Below are positions 12,271 to 25,659 of a stretch of 64,000 bases of DNA, in pieces. The number at the start of each line of letters is the position of its first letter. Position 1 is the stretch's first letter. Made by a program: the position numbers and the translations under genes. The notes under the pieces were generated by a model that made no database searches, had not been told where the DNA came from, and saw nothing but the letters and a program-made list of their open reading frames with translations. Source of the stretch: Heterodontus francisci (taxonomy: Eukaryota); contig NW_027141237.1 of NCBI RefSeq assembly GCF_036365525.1, forward strand, positions 558,001 through 622,000, given 5' to 3'.

Positions 12271-15175
12271 TCTGGTGAATTAACGCTGCACCTCTCCAAG
12301 GTTAATATATCTTCCTCAAGTGTGGTGCTCAAAATTAAGCGCATTACTCCAGATGTGGTCCAACCATATCTTTATATGATCAGAGTTGTGCACTTTCGGA
12401 CCATAAATTCCGCCTCTCTGTAGCCCAGCTACTTTGACAGCCAGACAAACATTCTAGTGTGAGGTTCAGACCCTTAGATGCTGCATGTAGCTTGAGTTAT
12501 TGCGGGATACTCCAGAGCTATTTAAATAATCTTAGAAATCAGAAAACAGCGGGAAGTAGATTTAAAGGTCTGTTGTCATATTACTCTACCCACTGCATAT
12601 AGTGACGATGTGATTAATATTACAGGCAGAAACCTGTGGGCGGATTCATCAGGGGGAATTGCAAGCCTGTTGTTTTAATCTGCATACACTTAACAAAATT
12701 AGAAATTCATGAACACATGAGCTTGTACTTGTTGCAGAATTTATAAGGCTAGTGACGTCTCACTGGCATTGTGATAACATGCCAACATTTTCTGGTAATT
12801 TTTAATTAAAAGTAGCATGTTAACCCATTCAGACCTCAGATTATTTTTAGACCTGCCGATGAAATTTAAAGGATTTTTGGGCATGAACGCCTCAATCTCT
12901 GAGCTCCGCCACAGCTGCCAATTTCACACCATTTACAAAAGACTCTGCTCCATCTAAACCCCGAAGTAAATGGCATCACGGTCCCCCACATTAAAGTCCA
13001 TCGACTCTGACCTCCATCAAACAGATGCACTTCCTGTAAGCATGGTCATCCAGGACACCTGATGTGCCCTCATGGAGGCAACCAGTTTGAGTTGTCCATC
13101 CATTCTATTTAGAGTGCACTTATACATTTTCTCCTCTCACTTTTTATGATTTATCTTAGTAACTTTTTAGTCCTTATTCATTACTTATTAATATTTATGC
13201 ATATCAGTTCCTTGTTATACGATTTCGGAGCATTTAGTGTTTATATTCCCGACCTAGATTATTTTATACCCTTAGAAACATTCCTAAATCCTTGTCCCAA
13301 ATATGTGTTTATTAGATGACAAAGTTTTATTTTTAGAACTAATCATCACTTGAGGTCTAGATTATAACTTGTAAATTTTTCAGCTTGATTTCAAATCAGT
13401 TAGCAATTTAAAAAATGTCCTATTCCTTTTAATTAATTACACAATTATATGTTTATCATTTTAGGTAAGTATTTCCCAATCAATAATAATCAACTATAAG
13501 GAATGTCCATTTTGTAGAGATAAAATGTGCAATGCGTGTCAATTATTGGGAATTTATTGCTTCCTCGAGATAATATGGAAATGCCTGTTAACATATGTTC
13601 TTTGAAGCAAACAAAAGCTCAATTGTCACTGAATTGAGACAACAGAGAGATGTTGGATTGTATGTAGGGTATCCTTCAGCAGAGCCCTTTATGAAGAATA
13701 TTTAGCAGGAAACAATGGATGCCACTGTCACTGCACTTAGAACAGCTTAAGTGCCATCATGGGAACAGAGAATGTTTACAGTACAGAGAAGGCCACTCGC
13801 CCCGTCCTGTCCGTGCTGGCTCTCTGCAAGAGTAACTCACCTCTCACTCTCCCACCATTTCCCCATCGTCCTGGAATTTATTTTCTCTTCAGATAATTTT
13901 CCAATTATTTTTCTCGACATGTAATTGTCCAATTATTAATCACAGCTCCTTCAAAAGCCATTATTCTCTCCGTCTGGAAATTCACAATTGGTCTGTCAGT
14001 TGCTGAATATAAATTTAGTTGAAATAATCTTCTGTAAGGGCGTTTACTTCTGCTGTCTGAAGTCACTGAATACACAAAAACATGGGTATTCAATATCCCA
14101 AGAAACCAAATATAGCAACCCATTAAAATGGCGGTGTCAAAGAGATGCAGTCATTCTTTTGTGTGCAAATAAATTTTTTTTTAAAAGATTCTTCAACGTC
14201 CTGAAGCCAAAAAAATTTCTGTGGACATTTGCGACTCCGAATTTGTGACTCAAATGGAGCTAGTGCCCCATTAAATACACCGATATGGATAGTCAGCAGA
14301 GGAATTGCCTCTCATTCTACTTTCAGAATGACATTGTTGCTTTGAATTTAAACATTCGCGTTGCAACAATCTGGGGGAGTGCGCACCAACTCCCACAGTG
14401 TGTATGCATTTCTAGCTATTGAGATGCAATCGAATCTTTGTCTGGTGGAATGTAGCACCATATAATTTACACCAATACCCAACAACGAGCAATGGGGTGC
14501 AGATTTACTTCAATTCTTCTTTTGGCACCGGAAGCAGCAAGAAAAGCTGAGGTGATACCAGAATGTGCACAGACTGATTTCAGCTGGCTTACATAATCAA
14601 TGAAGTTTATTTTCTTATCAAAGAAGATTAAAACAGAAGTTTTCAGACATTTGGCCCTTCGAGACTGTGCCAGTAAAACGGTGGCTTTGTCCCAGCTAGG
14701 CAAACAACGGGCAGTGATCCATGCTATGAAATGTGTATACGAGCAACCTCGGAGGGAGCCTACCCTTCAATCTTAAAAAGTCTCATTTAAGTTTCAGTAG
14801 CTCGAGGGTGGTGGTGCGAGAGACAGTATGAACGTCCTGACAGGCGACTTTACACTCCATGAGTACACATTTGTGAGGCATTTTATTTGAAATGTTTTAC
14901 CATAATGATGGTTGTCCTCATATGTAGGCTTCCATCGAACAAAGTCATGTTTTGTTAAAGGAAGCCCATAATGTGTTCCAATTATTATAATGTCCGTTAT
15001 TCCTTCATTTGTTCTTGATCATGTGGTGGAAATAAAATTATTCTCAATACAAAGGACGTATTATGAGAGAGAGAGTAAAATGTAGTTATTTCGTCGTAAG
15101 CACTGTCATCTCTGAAAAAGCCAACAGTTAAAAGTGTTTGGTTGTGTTCTGAATTAGACGTCGTACCCCTGCCAT

Positions 15176-15181
15176 TTTATT
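15176..15181 (-). terminator. Candidate polyadenylation signal (AATAAA) of gene B
   Basis: tttatt on +, about 140 nt downstream of the gene B stop codon. Confidence 0.45.
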
Positions 15182-15319
15182 TTACTTCAGTCGATTGACA
15201 GGGAACTGTAAAAAGTCACTTCAAGCATTTATACCTGGAAGCAGACAAGTATGTATCCTGCAAGGTGATGTCTGGTATATGACAGTTGGAGTTATAATAC
15301 CAGCAAGTCCATAGTTCTT

Positions 15320-16224
15320 CTAATGCTGTAAACATGTAACAATTTGATTCACTGGATATGTCACCATTTTCTTTAGCTCATCTCTGAATTTAGTCTGGGT
15401 CACTGTATAAATAAATGTGTTTGTGCAGCAGCTTAAAAGCAGGAGCATATATCCAGTTTCTTGAAGGATGTAAACCGGATTATTGTAACCTGTGTAAGAA
15501 TAAGCATTAGTAATTCTATAATACAAGTAATGGATCGTGTGTGTCAGCCACAGCAGTAAAAAATTGCCGGATATACTGAATAGTAAAATTATGGATTTTC
15601 GCCTGCTCTCCATCTCAGGATCAGGATAATTTTCTGAGCTGGTGTTGTTCCTCAGTGCCCTGCGGGATCTGCTGGCAACTATTATATGTCTTACGGTCAG
15701 AGAATTGAGCAGCAAAATAATGAAAAAGGGCAGAAAACTCGTCGCAATGCGGTTAAAATAAGAAAATACTAACCAAACAGGTAAAATATAATAGCTTGAT
15801 CTTATCCGGCAATACCATGGCACTCCATTAAATATATATAGAGGTTCATATACAAAGTACCAAGCGATGTTTTTTAAACAGCCTAGAGCTGGCAATGTGC
15901 CTATAATGGCAGCTGCCGTTTTCTTGGTGCAATATATAATTTTCAGCTTCTGACAGCAAATGGCTATGCATCTATCAACGGTGAAAGCGACTGTCAACCA
16001 GACAGAAATGTCTCTGGTTGCATAAGCAAGGGCGGTTTTGGTCTGACATACAGGAGTCAGGGACAGATAATTTCCCGGAAAGTACATGTCAATGATCCGA
16101 TTGAGTACAACACCAGTGATGACAACCAGGAGATCAGCCACTGCCATGGCCACCAGGTAATAAGTGATACATCTGGAGAGGCCACACTTTCCCCGGGACA
16201 GGACCACAATCGCCACCATGTTAA
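15320..16224 (-). CDS. GPCR gene B exon 2: GPR139/GPR142-like orphan class A receptor
   Basis: Acceptor ttttcccttccctgcag|TTAACATG; intact 905 nt exon; YLVAMAVADL, FTVDRC, PWYC, LNSLTV, SCCTNTFIY, FRDEL. Confidence 0.95.
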
Positions 16225-16384
16225 CTGCAGGGAAGGGAAAACAAGCAAGTCAATAAATATTGGCAGATTGCCAGAATATTCTAATATAATAAGACATTCA
16301 TTTCAGAACTTTGTTACTGCATTCCATGTGGAAATAATGAGCTAGCATTGCCGAGTAAATGTAGGTTGCAAATTAAAACGATTT

Positions 16385-16740
16385 CAGCCGAGGTTCAATG
16401 GGTAAAACTCTTGCTTCTGAGTCGGAAGCATTTGGTTCAATGTGGCGCTTCATAGATTTGAGCGAAGATTTGTCCGTAACGCTGGTTTATCAAAGATGAG
16501 ACAGTGGATGACCGGCTGCAGGGAGGCAATTCGGTCTGTGAATGTACATCAGGCTGGAAGGTTTGGACATGTGGAAAGCGTGGCTGAATGACCACTTGTG
16601 GTCTCTGGATTCAAGGGAATTTGTGACTTCACGGACTATTACAAGTGACAAATCGTTTATCCTGCAAAACCCGTTGCCTTTGTCCAACCACTTCTTAGAT
16701 GGTGGTGATATAAAAACGTTTACATGCACTCAGCTGCTCT
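16385..16740 (+). mobile_element. Old tRNA-derived SINE (possibly Deu-domain type)
   Basis: tRNA-like head (ggttcaatgggtaaaactcttgcttctgagtcggaag...ggttcaa) followed by a degenerate body. Confidence 0.4.
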
Positions 16741-17545
16741 GTGCAATTAATAGATGAAAGCAAATGTCGCTCTATGCTCTCCACGCAGATTGTACTGTAA
16801 ATTCGAGTAATGTCCCAGGGCGTTATTGATGGGTCAGTGGGTAAGGTTCAAGTCTTATGCTATTCTGAGTTACACATTTATGAAATATTAGGATTTTTCT
16901 TTGTCTGATCCGACCGCTGATTTCGGGGGCTGTGATGCAGGTCGGCAAACTCAGAGATGCCAGCAGAGGCAGGAATGCTAACAAATAATCTTGATATCAG
17001 CAGCACGAGTGTGAGAGATGAGAGAAGACATGATTAATCTTGCCACTAAAATGATCTCCATGGACAACGGGCTGTTTAATCTGCCTATTAGGGGAGGCGC
17101 ATGAAGAACAGGGGAGGTATCTGAAAGCTGACAGCGCCTATCAGACCTAATAATCGAACAGAAGTTGAAAGGAATTGCGTATTACCTTTGATCAACTATG
17201 TGCTGGCACCATCGGCAATGTCTTACAGATTACAATTACTAATTAGCGCTTTCAATTGGCTGCATAACCCAATACTGGCCAAAGGTTTTGCATGATAAAG
17301 TACCTATTGGACTGTCGTGATTGTTACTTGAACAGCAGTCGATTTGTGTCTCTGACATAATGATCAGATTAAGAATCATCTTGCCTGTTTTGTCCGTGGT
17401 GTTGGGTGAACAACGTCACTGCAGCATTGACTTGATACCCACCGTAACTAAATCAGCAACTCTCGCTTGGAAAGAAATATTGTTATATCACAAAGCGGTG
17501 TTTGATTCACATTGCCATCTGTTTATAATACATAGCATCCTATGC

Positions 17546-20500
17546 AAGAACAAAGAACAAAGAACAGTTCAGCACAAGAACAAGTCATTCGACCCTCGAA
17601 GCCTGCGCCGATCTTGATGCCTGCATAAACAAACACCTTCTGCACTTCCGGGGCCCATATCCCTCTATTCCCTTCCTATTCATGTATTTGTCAAGATGTC
17701 TCTTAAACGTCGCTATCGTATCTGCTTCCACCACTTCCCCTGGCAGCAAGTTCCAGGCACTCACCACCCACTGTGTAAAAAACTTGCCTCGCACATGCCC
17801 TCTAAACTTTGCCCTTCGCACCTTAAACCTATGTCCCCGAGTAACTGATTCTTCCACCCTTGGAAAAAGCTTCTGACTATCCACTCTGTCCATGCCGCTC
17901 ATAACTTTGTAAACCTCTATCATGTGGCCCCTCCACCTCCGTCGTTCCAGTGAAAACAATCCGAGTTTTTCCAACCTCTCCTCATAGCTAATGCCCTCCA
18001 GACAAGGCAACATCCTGGTAAACCTCCTCTGTACCCTCTCCAAAGCCTCCACGCCCTTCTGGTAGTGTGGCGACCAGAATTGCACGCACTATTCTAAGTG
18101 TGGCCTAACTAAGGTTCTGCACAGCTGCAACATGACTTGCCAATGTCTATACTCCGTGCCCCGACCGATGAAGGCAAGTATGCCGTAAGCCTTCTTGACA
18201 GCCTTATCCACCTGCGTTGTCACTTTCAGTGACCTGTGGACCTGTACGCCCAGATCTCTCTGCCTGTCAATACTCCTAAGGGTTCTGCCATTTACTATAT
18301 ACCTCCCACCTGCATTAGACCTTCCAAAATGCATTACCTCACATTTGTCCGGATTTAATTCCATCTGCCATTTCTCTGTCCAAGTCTCCAACCGATCTAT
18401 ATCTTGCTGTATCCTCTGACAATCCTCATCATTATCCGCAATTCCACCAACCTTTGTGTCATCTGCAAAGTTACTAATCAGACCAGTTACATATTCCTCC
18501 AAATCATTTATATATACTGCAAACAACAAAGGTCCCAGCACTGATCCCTGCAGAACACCACTAGTCACATCCCTCCATTCAGAAAAACAACCATCCACTG
18601 ATACCTACTGTCTTCTATGACCGAGCCAGTTCTGTATCCATCTTGCCTGCTCACCTCTGATCCCGTGTGACTTCACCATTTGTACCAGTCTGCCATGAGG
18701 GACCTTATCAAAGGCTTTACTAAAGTCCATATAGATAACATCCACTGCCCTTCCTTCATCAACCATCTTCGTCACGTCCTCACAAAACTCAATCAAGTTA
18801 GAAAGACAAGACCTCCCCTTCACAAAACCATGCTGTCTCTCGCTAATAAGTTCGTTTGTTTCCAAATGGGAGTAAATCCTGTCCCGAATAATCCTCTCTA
18901 ATAGTTTCCCTACCACTGATGTAAGGCTCACACGCCTATAATTTCCTGGATTATCCTTGCCACCATTATTAAACAAAGGACCAACATTGGCTATTCTCCA
19001 GTCCTCTGGGACCTCATTTGTAGCCAATGAGGATGCAAAGATTTCTATCAAGGCCCCAGCAATTTCCTCACTTGCCTGCCTCAGTATTCTAGGGTAGATC
19101 CCATTAGGCCCTGGGGAACTATCTACCTTAATGCTTTGCAAGACACCCAACACCTCCTCCTTTTTGTTCATGAGATGACTGAGACTATCTACACTCCCTT
19201 CCCCAGGCTCATCATCCAACAAGTCCTTCTCTTTGGTGAATACTGATGCAAAGTACTAATTTAGCACCTCGCCCATTTCCTCTGCTCCACACTTAGATTC
19301 CCATCTCTGTCATTGGGTGGGCCAACCGTTTCCCTGGTTACCCTCTTGCTCTTTATATACGTATAAAAAGCCTTGGGATTTTCCTTAATCCTGTTTGCCA
19401 ATGACTTTTCATGACTCCTTTTAGCCCTCCTAACTCCTTCCTTAAGTTCATTCCTACTGTCTTTATATTCCTCAATTGCTTCAGCTGTTCCTAGCCTTCC
19501 AGCCCTTACAAATGCTTCCTTTTTCTTTTTGACTAGGCTCCCAATATCCCGTGTTATCCAAGCTTTCCGAAACTTGCCAAACTTGTCTTTCTTCCTCACC
19601 GGAACATGCGGGTCCTGGATTCTAATTAGCTGACATTTGAAAGACTCCCACATGTCAGATGTTGATTTACCCTCAAATAGCCACCCCCAATCTAAATTCT
19701 TCAGTTCCTGCCTAATATTGTTATAATTAGCCTTCCCTCAATTTAGCACCTTCACCCGAGAACTACTCTTATCCTTATCCACAAGTACCTTAAAACTTAT
19801 GGAATTATGGTGACTGCTCCCGAAATGCTCCCCCACTGAAACTTCGACCACCTGGCCGGGCTCATTCTCCAATACCAGGTCCAGAATGGCCCCATCCGTA
19901 GTTGGACTATCTACATACTATTTTAAGAAGCCCCCCTGGATGCACCTCACAAATTCTGCCCCATCCAAGCCCCTAGCACTAAGTGAGTCCCAGTCAATAT
20001 AGGGGAAGTTAAAATCACCCACCAGCACAGCCCTGTTACCTTTACATCTTTCCAAAATCTGTCTACATATCTGCTCCTCTACCTCCCGCTGGCTGTTGGG
20101 AGGCCTGTAGTAAACCCCCAACATCGTGACTGCCCCGTTCCTATTCCTGAGCTCCACCCATATTGCTTCGCTGCATGACCCCTCCGAGGTGTCCTCCCGC
20201 AGTTCAGCAGTGATATTCTCCTTAACCAGGAATGCAACTCTCCCACCCCTTTTACATCCCCCTCTGTTCCGCCTGAAGCTTCTAAAGCCTGGAACATTTA
20301 ACTGCCAATCCTGCCCTTCCCTCAACCAAGTCTCTGTAAAAGCAACAACATCACATTTCCAAGTACTAATCCAAACTCTAAGTTAATCTGCCTTACCTGT
20401 TATACTTCTCGCATTGAAACAAATGCACTTCAGACCACCAGTCCCGCTGTGCTCAGCAACATCTCCCTGCCTGCTCTTCCTCTTAGTCCTACTGGCCTTA

Positions 20501-20646
20501 TTTATTATGTCCTCCTCATTTATTTCACTAGCTGTCCTACTGCTCTGGTTCCCACCTCCCTGCCACACTAGTTTAAACCCTCCCGCGTGATGCTAGCAAA
20601 CCTTGCAGCCAGGATATTAGTGCCCCTCCAGTTTAGATGCAACCCG
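17546..20646 (-). mobile_element. CR1 LINE with near-complete ORF2 (APE endonuclease + RT) in the intron of gene B; few lesions
   Basis: CICFNARSI, GVYYRPP, VGDFN, PGPNGI, QHGFVKGRSC, DFSKAFDKV, SGVLQGSVLGP, FADD, LVRPHLE; 3' microsatellite tail (aagaacaa)n on + at ~17546-17566. Confidence 0.95.
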
Positions 20647-20885
20647 AAAGAGTAACACAAACAAAGAAATTACGAGAGACAGAGGAAGAAAGAGCGACGA
20701 GAAATCCAATGCACCAGAGCAAGACGAGGTGAAAATAGATATGACTGCTGTAGTCAAATCAATGTATTTACCATATTATTTCAAAATAAATGAAGTAATG
20801 ATTAACGTTTAAAAGTGAAGCTTGGATACGTTTTTACTAAAGCTATAAAGTTAATAAAAAACGCATTTTTTCTGAAGTATTTTAA

Positions 20886-21668
20886 TCTTCTTCTTCTTTG
20901 GCCTCCTGGTCTCGAGCGACAACGGGTAAGCGCGTGGGGTGGACATTGGTTTGTGAAGCAGCGCCTGCAGTGGCTATAAAGGCCAATTCTAGAGTGACAA
21001 ACTCTTCCACAGGTGCTGCAGATAAAATTGGTTGTTGGGGCTGTTTCACAGTTGGCTCTCCCCTTGTGCTTCTGTCTTTTTTCCTGCCAACTGCTGAGTC
21101 TCTTCGACTCACCACACTTTAGCCCCGCCTTTCTGGCGGCCCACCAGCTCTGGCGATCACTGGCAACTGACTCCCACGACTTGTGATCAATGTCACAAGA
21201 CTTCATGCCGCGTTTGCAGACGTCTTTAAAGCGGAGACATGGACGGCCAGTGGGTCTGATACCAGTGACGAGCTCGCTGTACAATGTGTCCTTGGGGATC
21301 CTGGCATATTCCATGCGACTCACATGGCCAAGCCATCTCAAGCGCCGCTGGCTCAGTCGGGTATATATGCTGGGGCTGCTGGCCACCGAGAAGACTTCTG
21401 TGTTGGAGATACGGTCCTGCCACCTGATGCCAAGGATTCTCTGGTGGCAATGAACATGGAATGAATTGAGACGTCGCTCTTGGCTGACGTACGTTGTCCA
21501 GGCCTTGCTGCCATCGCGCAAGGCACTGCGGACACAGGCTTGATACACTCGGACTTTTGTGTTCCGTGTCAGTGCACCATTTTCCCACACTCTCTTGGCC
21601 AGTCTGGACATAGCAGTGGAAGCCTTTCCCATGTGCTTGTTGATTTCTGCATCGAGAGACAGGTTGCT
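20886..21668 (-). mobile_element. RTE-clade LINE, 5' truncated, in the intron of gene B
   Basis: TKVRVYQACV, RRLRWLGHV.RM...RIPK..LY.EL, C-terminal CxxC..SRIGLYSH zinc finger; (GAA)n 3' tail. Confidence 0.92.
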
Positions 21669-21885
21669 TTGAAAAACACTGTCTTTGTTGCAGAAAAATA
21701 AGTATAATTTCAATGGAGTATTATATTGAGTAAATAATGTAAAATTGGGATAGTTCAGCCATTTAGCGGTGACCACAGAATCGGTAGCTATTTCTCATAC
21801 ATGTCCACCCATTCAGATTAAATGTGCAGAACAAAAAAAAGACAATTTAACACAGCTTTACGCAATTGCTGAGGTTACCACTTAC

Positions 21886-21955
21886 CTGGGACACCAAGAG
21901 CGGCGAGAATTGGATAGAAAATAGCATACACCTGACCGGTTACTGGCTCATGCAT
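21886..21955 (-). CDS. GPCR gene B coding exon 1 (MHEPVTGQVYAIFYPILAALGVP + 1 nt)
   Basis: 70 nt from ATG to CCAG|GTAAGT donor, phase 1. It joins exon 2 as G+TT = Val, giving GVP-V-NMVAI and a complete TM1. Intron 16225-21885; protein 324 aa. Confidence 0.92.
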
Positions 21956-22010
21956 TTTCTGTTAGAAGCGATTAGGTCTCAACAACCTCAATATATGGTT
22001 GGTAGTAGAG

Positions 22011-22022
22011 TCTATATATAGA
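22011..22022 (-). promoter_or_regulatory. Candidate TATA box of gene B
   Basis: Palindromic TCTATATATAGA about 60 nt upstream of the ATG; gene D has TATATA at a comparable position. Confidence 0.4.
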
Positions 22023-24199
22023 TGACTGGATCCCCCAGTGACACAATTAGGCAACATCATTACCGATGGAAAATCATCTCGGCGTGTTTCTTTTTTTTCT
22101 AATCTTTTGATAAAATGGTAAGGAGATGCTGGTTTCCCCAGTGTCATCAAACTAAAAGCAAAGAAAAGAGCTCCGGCTGAACCAATCGAAGCCATGTCAT
22201 AAAATTGAAATGAAACTCGGCAAATTAAATATGATTATATCCTATCTCTACCATGTGCTCCAGACCCCGTGGTGTTCCTGCTTCGAGAAGGCCTCAAGCG
22301 TACTGTGAGATGCAGTGACTTCTTCTCCAGGTGCGCCAGAGAACCGAGCAAGCCGTGGAAGAGCTTGTGCTCATCCCAACTTTTTCAATGACAACTTAAC
22401 TACACACGAGGTTGCCTTATTGTCACCATCCCAATATATCTAAATTTAGTCCGCCAATTTTAGAAGGACATAAATAATAAATACCCAAATCATAAGAATT
22501 ACAAAGGGAATCATTAATTTAAATAGTATTACTGTTTCGGTTTCCAACGCTTGCTGCAATTACTGAGATGTCCATCAGTTATGGAAGGCTTCAATTGGAC
22601 TGGTGGGCACTCAGAAGCGGACATTGCTGTCATGTTGGAGGCGTGATGATTGTCTTCTGCAAAGTCAACAAATGAAATCCAAGAAGATTATTCGGCTTGT
22701 TACACTTTGACTGGTGACATAAGATTGGACTCCTACCCTTGTGGCCTAGATCTTCTTTTGGAATAAGGAGATCGAGTGTGGGAGGCTTTAATAGCTATTT
22801 TGTGCATAAGTATTTGCCCGGGTAATGCTCAGAGGCCTAGTCTGTGAGAATCCAGAAGATCCAGAACATTGAAGCATCTCCTAGAAAATTGCCTTCTCTT
22901 GCTCAATTGATAAGGTACAGATTGGAAGCTCTCAGTAAAGGCCACTAAAAAGGCGAAATCCAGACGAAGATTTATTTTGGAGCAATGAAATCAGTTTTAG
23001 ATGCACAATGAATATTAAGTTTGGCATGTCGAAGAGTGGGGAAGCACTTTTTCAAAATGATCACCATCCTCCTTGAATCTCAAGTCTGGAAGAGAGCATA
23101 ATTTGATAATAACAGGAATGTTAGTATTATATAGCCCGGTAGGCAGCTATTTGACACGCCACATCTGTGTTAGTTCTCTGAAAGACTTATTCCCATTCAC
23201 TTGCACTTCCTCCTATGATTTCCCTCCTTTGCACAATACGTATTAATTTGCTTTTCAAATTTAATATCGAGCCTACGTCCACTAGGTGTCTGCTAACTTC
23301 TCTGTATCTTAGGATATTTTCATGCAATACACAAAATAATCTAACCCATTCACTTTTTCTGTTTGCTGATTATGTTAAAGCATTGTGATACAGTTGCGCA
23401 TACATCAACTTATGAAAATAGTTCCCCTCATATTTCCTCTGAAAATTTCTTGTGGGTAAGACGAGATAACTGGATATCAAAGTGATCAAGCTTTACTTGC
23501 CTTTGCCCGGCTCCAGATTTGAAATGAAAACGTGTTAATAATGGTCCGAATGTAATAAATAGATGACGTCAGCGATCATGAGACACGGACCTGACCTGGG
23601 CGAGCAAAAGTGTACTAGCAGCTCTTGCAATTGGGCAGATCAAATCATAATACAGCAATATGGGGTAAAATCAGTCTTCATCGGCTTTGCTAAGTAGCAG
23701 GAACATAAGCAAGGGTTTCTTGAACAATTAAAGTATAGAGGTATTCAGCCAGGGGCTTGAGACAATCCGGCAAATGAACCCACGTGGAAGGACTGCTGAC
23801 AGAGGGACCACATGAATATGTGTTGCGCTCATTTATATTGGGGCCTCATAGTCACGTGAACAGCGTGCTTTCCACCCGGGGTGTAACTGCATTGTTGTTG
23901 CGCTTTGATACCATTGTTCAAACATGAGCATGTGCCAGTCTGGTTTATTCTGAATAAAATACAACCACTGCCAGATATAATTGTATCACCGTCAATCATT
24001 CTGGAACTTAGAGTGAAGCTAGTGTTAATTGGTGCTGACTCCCCAAATTCAAACCAAACTTCCAGCTTTTGCATTTTAACTCCCTCTAAAATTCTTAAAA
24101 TGCTTGCAGGACCTCAACTCTTTTCCTTCCAGTGACATCGGTTCCCACATGGATCAATTCTGATAGTTTTACTTCCAACTTCAACATATTCTTCATCCT

Positions 24200-24795
24200 C
24201 TCAGTGATGTCATTTATCCTGGCACCATGGAGGGAATAAAAATAGCGAGACTCCAGTCGGTGGTAGCTGAAATGCTGGTGTATTCCCAGAATCTTCTTTG
24301 ATCAATGCATTTCTTAACCACCCACAACCCCACGTTGCCTTCTGAGTCATCTGTCCAGCATTGCTGAAGATGTGGTTTAGAATGCACTTCTCCAAGATGT
24401 CGTCACCAGCAATGATATTCAGCGTTGAAACCGCTTTGAGAGTGCCACAGTCCCATATGCCTCCAGCACTGCCTGTCTCCTCATCGCCTGCCAGAGGTCA
24501 ATGGACTGACTATACTCCTGAACTCTCTGTAGCTGCGGGGAGACAAGCTCCTCGAACGTGCGCTCTTTGTAGCTGATGGAAAGACTTTCCAGAGTTAAGA
24601 GAAGAGTCACTCTCGATAGAATACCCATCCACGGACCAGCTCTTCTAGCCACAGTATGTGTCTTGTCCAGTTCAGCTGCTGTTCAATGGGATGGATCACG
24701 ATGCAGCAAGTAAGGGATTTGACGATGGCTGCGCCAGTATATTTGAAAGGGGACGTTGTTAGACGATCTCTTGCTGGAGATGATGACTTCCTGGA
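24200..24795 (-). mobile_element. Old LINE RT fragment (second CR1-like family)
   Basis: Shares degenerate motifs (tgtcctcagcaccat, gaagagtcactc, tggtccagttcag) typical of the family also seen at 26570-27930 and 29760-30600. Confidence 0.45.
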
Positions 24796-24799
24796 TGAA

Positions 24800-25600
24800 G
24801 TATTGGCTAACTAACAGGAAACAGAGTTGGGCAAATGGTGCATTTTCTTGTTGGTAAACTTTAACTAGAGAAGTGCCACAGGGTTCAGTGCTGGTGCCTC
24901 AAATATTTCTGATCAATATTAATAACTTGCATGAAGGGATTGAGAACATTGTAACTAAATTTGCGGATGATACAAAGAACGGTAGGAAAGCACGTTGTGA
25001 GGAGGACACAAAGAGTCTGCCAAGAGATATGGAAAACGGAAGTGAGTGGGCAAAAATTTGGCAGATGGTTTATCATGTCGGAAAATGTGAACTTGTCCAA
25101 TTTAGCAGGAAGAATAGAAAAACAGAAAATTATTTACATGGTGAGAGGCTGCAGAATATCTGTGGAAGAGTCTGTTTTTCCTCATTCATGAATCACAAAA
25201 GGTTAGCATGCAGGTACAGCAAGTAATTAGGAAGGCAAATGGAATGTTGACATTAATTGCAAGGGGGCTGGAGTATAAAAGTCAGGAAGTCTTGCTCCAA
25301 CAGTACAGGGCATTGCTGAGACCACACCAAGAACACTGCGAGTAGATTTCGTCTCCTGACTTAAGAAGGGATATACTTGCATTGGAAGCAGTTCAGGAAA
25401 GGTTCACTAGGCTGATTCCTGGGATGAAGGTGTTGGTTTATGAGGAAAGTTTGAGCAGGTCGGGCCTATACACAGTGGAGTTTAAATGAATGGGAGGTGA
25501 TCATATTGAAACGCAGAAAACTCTGAAAGGACTTGATAGGGTAGATGCAAATCCCCCCTTGTGGGAAATCAAGGACTAGGGTGCACAATTCCAAACATTA
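24800..25600 (+). mobile_element. CR1 RT C-terminal fragment
   Basis: VPQGSVLVP, KFADDTK, SEWAKIWQM. Confidence 0.88.
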
Positions 25601-25659
25601 ACGGCCGTCTCAGAGAGGAACATAAGAACCTAAGAAATAGTAATGCAAGAAATTTCATT

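Noticed and set aside
20802-21776. 324 aa ORF as a host gene
   Set aside because: Truncated RTE ORF end plus read-through into flanks; lacks the RT core.
22198-22462. MITE with AAAATTG/CAATTTT termini in the gene B promoter
   Set aside because: The inverted match is only ~7 bp with no clear TSD; cannot be supported.
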